A stretch of DNA of 64,000 nucleotides from the human T2T-CHM13v2.0 reference genome, Homo sapiens. The notes under the pieces were generated by a model. It ran no database searches. It saw only the letters and a list, made by a program, of their open reading frames with translations, and was not told the origin of the DNA. Within the stretch, counting starts at the first letter, position 1. Each line of letters begins with the position of its first letter. The DNA is taken from NCBI RefSeq assembly GCF_009914755.1, contig NC_060933.1. The stretch is one strand, 5' to 3'. Made by a program: the position numbers and the translations under genes. Positions 56,690 through 64,000 of this stretch are shown here, one piece after another.

Positions 56690-56965
56690 AATTTTTCATG
56701 TTTATTCTGATGACTCCTAGTTCTTTATTTCCAGTTCACAGCTTTCACTGATGCATCAAACCTACAAATATAACAGCTGATTAGACATCTCCATTGGATA
56801 TCCCAAGAGTGCAAGAAACTCAAAATGTTCCAAACTATACTCATCCTCTTTTCACCTCCCAAAACTACTCTTGTTTTTCCTACTCCAGCAATGATCCCAA
56901 CATACGTTTACTTTGATAAGCCTGTTATCCTTGACTTTTTCTTCTCCCTTATCCAAGCAACCACC
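56690..56965 (+). mobile_element. L2 fragment
   Basis: TGATGACTCC...GACATCTCCATTGGATATCCC...AACTCAAAATGTTCCAAACT. Confidence 0.7.
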
Positions 56966-57227
56966 AAAATGTTTGATTGAAAACATTACATTAAAATTAT
57001 GTAAATTCAACTCTACACACTTTGCTGAACTTAGTAAGGGATGCTTTCATATGCACAGAATTACATCGTTTTATTAGCTTTTAAGACATTTTTATCAAAT
57101 GTAAATTTTCGCCTCCTATATTGATTTAAATTTTCCATAAAGTACTGCTTTAGTATCAATTGGTCTTTCAGTAATCTTCCCGTGACAGCACTTATAAGAT
57201 AATACCATATATAATTGGCTATTTAAA

Positions 57228-57620
57228 AAATATTTTTATTATAAACTATAAACATGCAAACAGAAAGTGTATAAACTTATATGTACAGTTTAACAAATTG
57301 TCCTAAAGCAAATACTTGTATAATTACAATGCAGGTCAACAAACAGAACATTGCTGGCACCCCAAAACCATCCAGGCATCCTTTAAAGATCACAATTCTC
57401 TTTCCCTCCGAAGGTAGCCACTATCCTGATATCTATGGTAATAATTAGTTTCTTTTATTTTCGTCACCTATGTATACATCTGTAAGTAATACAGTTCAGT
57501 TGCCTTATGATCTTCTTTTTACATTTTATAGAAACGGCACTATGCTGTTCGCATTATTTTGCTCCTGCTTTTTACTCAACATTATATTTGTAAGATTCAT
57601 CCATATTATTTTATGTAACC
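57228..57620 (-). mobile_element. L1ME 3' end
   Basis: CAGGTCAACAAACAGAACATTGCTGGCACCCC...TTGTAAGATTCATCCAT. Confidence 0.7.
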
Positions 57621-57799
57621 AAAGTTTTCTTATAAATGATTATTTACTTATCTGTCTCCTCAGTGGACTCTCAGTATCATTCATGTCCCTTCTATTCACC
57701 ACTGTATTTCCACCACTTCCTAGTATGTGTTCAGAAAATATTTGTTTTAAAAACCAAAACCATCTGTATCTACACAACTTACTGTCTACATTAACATGA

Positions 57800-58295
57800 C
57801 CTTATTATGCCACCGTCTTCATCAGTATGACTTTATTATTCCAGGAAAATCTTTGACTTATTTTTATTATTTATTATTTATTTCAGAAACTTCCTTTAAA
57901 AGCCCTTTAAATGAACATTAAATTGTCCAACTCTTTAATCAATGGCATCAAACAATTGAAACAACTTCTTAGTCTCCGAGATTCTTTGAACCTCTTGGCT
58001 CTAAATCTGCCTTGCTGGGTGTACAATTCCTAACTTACTATGATTGTTACCCAATCCTAATCAAGCCTCCACACTGAAAAACCTGCCTTAAACAGGACTC
58101 TAAAACTCAATAAATGTCTCGATTTTGCTCTCTGTCTTCTGAGATGCACTAAGATTCTGTCAAGGTAGTGGCTGGCAATTGTACAAGTATTTGCTTTATC
58201 ACCATTTATTACTCTTATCATTGTAAAAATAAGCTCAGCTTTGTCTCATAAACAGGTTGTTTTGATTATATTTTCAGGGAGCCATCATTGTTCAT
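57800..58295 (+). mobile_element. MER67-like (ERV1) LTR
   Basis: CCCAATCCTAATCAAG...CTCAATAAATG...CTCAGCTTTGTCTCATAAACAGGTTG...GGGAGCCA. The 5' boundary is uncertain. Confidence 0.65.
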
Positions 58296-58673
58296 ACGAT
58301 TGAGTTTGTAAATGAACCAAAGAAACCGCAGGCAGCATATTCAGGTTAGAAAGGCGGTGTGCTTTGGCACAGCACAGCATTCCTGCTAACTGCTAAAGCA
58401 TCTAGGACTTTGCACAGAATAACAGCAGAGGCAAAGTCTTTCATGAAAATCAGTTTATAAAGGCCTGCTACTTAAAGATTGTACTTTATGCAAGATCATT
58501 AGGATAACCTAAGAATAGACCCTCAGAACAAGGTAGGATTAATGCTCAAAAACCCTCTAAGGATTTACAAATAGACCTTCAGAACAAGATTGATTAGCCC
58601 AAACCTTATGCTTTCTAAGAAAAGGTAGAGAGAATACTCCCAGGGTGTCTGTACAAATATTTGTCATGGCCAG

Positions 58674-59081
58674 TGATATGGTTTGGATCTATGTTCCTGC
58701 CCAAATCTCATGTCAAACTGTAATCCCCGGTGTTGGAGGTGGGGCCCGGTGGGAGGTGATTGGGTTATAGAGGTGGTTTATTATAGTTTAACACCATCCT
58801 CCTTGATGCTGTTGTTGTGATAGTGAGTTCTTGTGAGATGTTATTTAAAAGTGTGTAACACCTCCCCATTCTCTCTCTTCTTCCTCTTTGGCCATGTGAA
58901 GTATCTCACTCCCTCCTTGCCTTCCACCATGATTGGAAGCTTCCTGAGGCCACTCTAGAAGCAGAAGCTGCTATGCTTCCTGCACAGCCTTCAGAACTGT
59001 GGGCCAGTTAAGCTTCTTTTCTTTATAAATTACCCAGTCTCAGGTAGTTTTTTTTATAACAGTGTGGGATGGAATAATGGA
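58674..59081 (+). mobile_element. MST (MSTB-like) solo LTR
   Basis: TGATATGGTTTGGATCT start; TSD GCCAG (58669-58673, 59082-59086). Confidence 0.9.
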
Positions 59082-59279
59082 GCCAGCAAGTCTGCCAAAG
59101 CCTTGAGCAGACAGAACTGAGATATTGGAGTTCCATTCATTAGAAGAGGTAGGGGATTCAGGGTTTCCATTCATTTCCATCATTACTACCATGAACAATG
59201 CCTTACTCTTCTCTCAAAGAATTGTCTCATGATCAAAACAACAGTGCAATGGTGAGACTTTGAGCTCGGGATGGAGGAA

Positions 59280-60799
59280 ATGTATTTTGCATGTGCAATG
59301 GATGTGCCTCTTTGAAGACTTGAGGGTGACTGTGGTAGGATGAATAATGCCCCCCAAAATGTGTCCATGTTCTAATCCTCAGAATTTATAAATGTTACAT
59401 TATATGGTGTTTCAGGAAAAACTCTCTCAAACCATGTTTTTCCTCTGCTCATACCACCAGAACAATTATCAACACAGAAGACGACTAGAGGGGAAAACTG
59501 GGTGGTCTTGTGGAACCAAGCCCCCAACCTGTGGAATCCAACACTATCTCTGGATAGACAGTTTCAGAACTGAACTGTGGACACGCAGCTGGTGTCTGCT
59601 GCAGTCGCAAGTCTGGGCCTCCAGAACTTCTGACCAATAGTCTTCAAGTTGGGGTTCCTACAACCTCCTCTTTGGGTTTAATTTGCTGGAGCGGCTCACA
59701 GAACTCAAGGAAACACTTACTTTGGCTGACTGATTTATCATGAAGGATATTTAAAAGCATACAAATAAACAAGCAGATGAAGAGATACAGACGGCAAGGT
59801 CTGGAAGGGTCCCAAGCACAGGAACTTCTGTCCTTGTGGGCTTAGGGTGTGCCACCCTCCTGGCAGGTGGATGAGTTGTTCTTTACCTTTCTGCCAGCCT
59901 CCACGTGCTAAGCTCTCTGGAAGCTTCCCAAACCCTGTCCTTTAAGCCTTTCATGGAGACTTCATAGGTTATCTATGATTGAAGCATGGATAATGGTGTC
60001 AAAATGTGATTGGACAAGAAGTGTATGATGTAAACCCAGCAACGCCTATCTGTTTAGATCCTTCTTGGTCTCTCTGTGCAACATTCCTTCCTCCAGAGTA
60101 TGGGGCAGGACCCTCTGTGCAATGAGGGTCTTATGACCCACAAGCAGATTAGAGTCTTGCCTTGAGTGGGTGAAAGGAGGACAAGAGAAGGTCAGACAGA
60201 TTTTGTTTCCTGAAGCCTGCTTCTGAGGCCTAAAGTACCCGAGGATTATAATAAAAGACTGTAACTCCCTGTTATGGGAGTTCTTATCTAGGAACTATGG
60301 ACAAAACCATATATATGTATATGGTTATATAGCGATCTATATAATATATTGTGATCTGTATATAACATATAATCATAATATCACATATCAAAAGAGACTT
60401 TGCAGATATGATTAAGTCAGATATCTTGAGATGGGAAGATTATCCTAGATTATCTAGTTGGCATGATGTAATCGCAATGATCTTTTTAAGAGAGATGCAG
60501 GAGGAGTCAGAGTCAGAGGAGAGGGTAATGTAATGATATAAGTAGAGAGTAGAGTCCCACCCTTTGAAGATAGAGAAAGGAGCCATAAGCCAAGGAATAC
60601 AAGAAGCTGAAGAAGGCAAGGAAACAGATTCTCCCCTCACAGCCTTCAGAAGGAAGCAGACCCGCTAATACATTAACCTTAACCCGCTGAATCTGATTTT
60701 GGACTTCAGACCTCCAGAACTGTAAGAGAATAAACATGTTTTGTTTTAAGCCACTAAGTTTGTGCTGATTTGTTATAGAGGTTACGGGAAGGTAACACA
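59280..60799 (+). mobile_element. MLT1D-type LTR with a short internal-sequence remnant, interrupted by MER21
   Basis: GTATTTTGCATGTG internal end, TGTGGTAGGATGAATAATG LTR start; resumes AAAAGAGACTTTGCAGAT at ~60390. Confidence 0.82.
59408..60385 (-). mobile_element. MER21A-like LTR with an internal inversion
   Basis: CTTCAAGTTGGGGTTCC, GGCTCACAGAACTCAAGGAAACACTTAC, ...CATAATATCACA terminus. Confidence 0.8.
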
Positions 60800-60839
60800 G
60801 AGACATCACACACAGCCCCACTCACTAGATTAAGATACT

Positions 60840-61387
60840 ATTTAATTTTACTATGGTTGTATTACAAATGATCACAAATGCTATGACTGAAAACAATACA
60901 TATGTATTATCTCCGTTTTTGTAGGTCAGGAATTCAGGCACAAGTTAGCAGGGTCTGCTGTTCAGGTCTCACCAAGCTGTGATCAAGCTGTTGTCTGGGG
61001 CTGGAGTATCATCTGTGGCTTAGGATTCTCTTTTAAGCCATACTTATTAGCAGATTGCATCTTCTTCAAGCTGTAGAAGTTATGGTGTTTTGGGGAGAGG
61101 GTCTCTGGCTTCTTTATCTTTGACCTCTAGATGATCTGTTTAAAGGGCTCATCTGATTAAGTCAGACCCACTCAGAATAATGTCTCTTTTAATTAATTCA
61201 AAAGTCAACTGGTTTGGGACCATAATTTCATCTTCAAAATCTTTTCACCTTTGCCATATAACATAACCTAATCACAGATATCCCATTCTATTCATAGATC
61301 CCACCAACACTTAAGGGGAGGGAATTATACTGGGTGTGTACATCAGGGGGTGGAAATATAGGGGACCATATCTTAGAGTTTTGCCTA
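60840..61387 (-). mobile_element. MLT1E-type LTR
   Basis: GTAGGTCAGGAATTCAGGCACA...TTAAAGGGCTCATCTGATTA...TCTTAGAGTTTTGCCTA. Confidence 0.8.
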
Positions 61388-61579
61388 AGTTTTGACATTT
61401 TGCCTAAAATGTCATTTATTATATGTAATGTACCATTTTAATGTTTTCAGAGATATTAATATGTGTATATTTAACTTCCACAGGACTCGTTAAAACTCAT
61501 TCACCATTTCCATTTTTTCCATAAAGTCTTAGGATCTTAAACTAAAATTCTCATCCTTCTAGAGTTTGCAGAAAATCTA

Positions 61580-61736
61580 ATGGAGAAAATTATTTTTCTA
61601 TATGCATATATGTATACATTGTGTATGTATATGTGCATAATACTAATACAAACTTCATATATGTGTGTATATTTGTGTGTGTATATGTGCGTGTATATAT
61701 ATATATACACACATATATATATATCCTTGTGGGGAG

Positions 61737-61768
<32 letters not shown>

Positions 61769-61805
61769 ATATACACACACATATCCTTGTGGAGAAAATT
61801 ATTGT
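61580..61805. repeat. Compound (TA)/(TG)/(CA) minisatellite with a duplicated ATATCCTTGTGG unit
   Basis: Seen directly; TGGAGAAAATTATT at both ends. Confidence 0.88.
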
Positions 61806-62375
61806 TCTGAAGATTAGGAATCTTAGAGAAAAACAAGTTGAGAAACTGAGCTACCCAGAATTATGAAAAAAGCAAGACAGTAGAAGCCTGGCATCAAAAT
61901 CCAGGTCTCAAGAATTCTCATTTGAAGCTCTACCCACTGTTCCATCATATAATCAGTATTTGCTTCTCAGAAAACACATTATAACCTCTGTATTAGAATT
62001 CTGATTTATACGCCATTAATGCCAATAATTTCCAGCAGGAGACTGTGGTATGAGTCCTCACAAATGATAGCGTTTTTCCTTCACACCTCCAGGGAAGCTT
62101 TCATTTTCTAACATTATCAATTAAGCACTAATACTCTGTTCTCATTGCTTTGTGTGTGTGCCTAAGAAATTGACATGGCATCATTGCTCAATGCACACAT
62201 ACTGTTTATAAGGCTCACATCCTTGCCACTTAACCATGGAGTCCAACAATTTATTATCTGTTTCATTTAGGACAATTAATGGTATTGCTGGCAACCATTT
62301 TGCAGCTATAATTTGGCAGTTCTTATTAGGTCATGCCCAGTAGCCTCATGGAAATAATAGGAAGAGAAGAAGGCA

Positions 62376-62423
62376 GGAAGGAAGGAAGGAAGGAAGGAAG
62401 GAAGGAAGGAAGGAAGGAAGGAA
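62376..62423 (+). repeat. (GGAA)12 microsatellite within a ~120-bp polypurine tract
   Basis: Seen directly. Confidence 0.95.
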
Positions 62424-62714
62424 AGAAGGGAGTGAGGGAGGGAGGGAGGGAGGGACGGGAAGGGGGTGAGGGGGAGGGGAACAGCTTTTATTTTGTAGTT
62501 GCTTTATTCAGGTCTCTTTCCGGTAGAAGACACAGGTCAATATAGATCAAGCTGCTATTTAATATGCTGCCCCTATAGTGCTGTCAAGGATCTAGTAAGA
62601 TTAGAATATTAGAATATTTTCTAACATTCTAAATTATAAATAATGCTTCTATTTTTCTATTATCATTTGCCTTCTCTTGGAAATCAGGTTTCCTACTGCA
62701 ACAGACAAAACTCT

Positions 62715-62862
62715 AGGATATGAGCTACAGGGGCTATGGCTTGTAGTCCTAACTCTGCCTCTAATATGTTATGGGATTTTTGTCAAGTTACTCTGAACCT
62801 TGGTTTCTGCATGTAAGAAATAATGGAAATGTATAAGCTCCATTCAGCTCTAAAATTCTGAT
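62715..62862 (+). mobile_element. MIR3-like fragment
   Basis: GTCCTAACTCTGCCTCTAA...CAGCTCTAAAATTCTGATT. Confidence 0.55.
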
Positions 62863-63039
62863 TTTCTGTTGAACTAAATCCAAATGAAATTCAGTATCTT
62901 TTTTATGTAATATTTTTTCATGTCACTACTTTGGCATTACTACTTTTATTGCTTTTTAACAGCCTGGAAATAACTCATATTAACTGTTAACAGCAAAGTA
63001 GAAATGAAATTGGGAACAGGAATAATGATAAAACTGTCA

Positions 63040-63270
63040 GCCAGTGAGCAATTAGTATGTGCCTAACACCATGTTGAGTGCTTTACATATTTTATCTAAT
63101 CCTTGGGACAAATCTCTGATAGGATTATTACCTCCATTTTACAGATGAGAAAATGGAGGCTTAGAATAACTGGATAACCTTGCAAAGTCATATTCCTAAG
63201 CTAGTTAGCAGCAAAGTTCAAATGTGAATCTGTGTCACTGGACTCCAAAGACTGTAATTTTAAGCATTAG
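63040..63270 (-). mobile_element. MIR
   Basis: CCATTTTACAGATGAGAAAATGGAGGCTTAG core. Confidence 0.8.
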
Positions 63271-63647
63271 GCTTTTACATCACCCCTAACTTGTGGATGG
63301 CCAATCAAGCCCAACATTGTTAGACTGTAGGGTGACCCAAAGGGGCAATGTGGACTACAATTCACACCTCACACTTCCCTCCTTCACCCTTTTTATAGGC
63401 TATGAGTAGGAGATCAGATGGCTTGTAGGTGTGGGTTCACTCCCTTCTGCTTTTAAATTTTACACTCCCCAGGATCTCTGTTTGTTAGCATTCTCCCATG
63501 GCTTGCTTGAACAATCAGGGGGGGATACACTTGCACTACTGCATCCCCAAATATTCCCCTTTACTAGTAAACACTGCTGGAAAAAAATGGCCTACTTTCT
63601 ACCACCACCTGCCACCCATTTTAAGAGAAATTGTTGTAAAATTAATA

Positions 63648-63990
63648 CAGTCATCCCTCGGCATCCATGAGGAATTGGTTCCAGGACCTCTCTCAAATAC
63701 CAAAATTCATGGATACTCAAGTCCCTGATATAAAATGGTGTCGTATTTGCATATAACCTATGTACATCCTCCTGTATACTTTAAATCATCTCTAGATTAC
63801 TTATAATAGCTAATACAATGCAAATGCCATGTAAATAGTTGTTACACTCTATTGTTTAGGGAATAATAACAAGAAAAAAGTCTGAATGCTTTCCGTACAG
63901 ATGCAATCATTCTTTTTTTTTCTGAATATTTTTGAGCTGCATTTGGTGGGATTCACAGATGCGGAACCTATGGATACAGAGGGCCGGCTA
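63648..63990 (+). mobile_element. MER2, intact length
   Basis: TA-CAGTCATCCCTCGGCATCC...GGATACAGAGGGCCGGCT. Confidence 0.92.
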
Positions 63991-64000
63991 CATGACACAT

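Overview
This is primate genomic DNA, most likely human or great ape, judged by AluY and L1PA2/3-type elements. It reads as a long intron or an intergenic stretch. I recognise no protein-coding exon, RNA gene, CRISPR array or prokaryotic-type system. The meaningful ORFs in the track are decayed L1 ORF2 and Tigger1 transposase fragments; the rest are Alu- or microsatellite-derived or chance ORFs. Roughly half the window is interspersed repeat, often nested with readable target-site duplications (TSDs): L1PA/PB/MA/MB/ME, about 14 Alus, many MIR/L2, the LTRs THE1, MLT2A, MLT1, MST, MER21, MER41 and MER67, and the DNA transposons Tigger1, MER2, MER20, MER45 and MER63. The most noteworthy signals are: (1) a ~48-bp-stem, pri-miRNA-like hairpin made by an inverted duplication inside an MLT1A LTR (35376-35484); (2) a unique-sequence TAATTA-rich block at ~20.1-20.4 kb ending in a quasi-palindrome that reads as a micro-exon on either strand; (3) a 43-bp CpG-rich Z-DNA tract next to a candidate 36-nt minus-strand exon (~29 kb); (4) a 68-bp spacer-less palindrome in a fold-back minisatellite (19.2 kb); (5) a 126-bp local templated duplication (56.2/58.0 kb); (6) a twin-primed, 5'-inverted L1; (7) an internal inversion in a MER21 LTR. 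Subfamily names come from recalled consensus sequences, not a database search. I cannot support a claim of a novel multi-gene system here.
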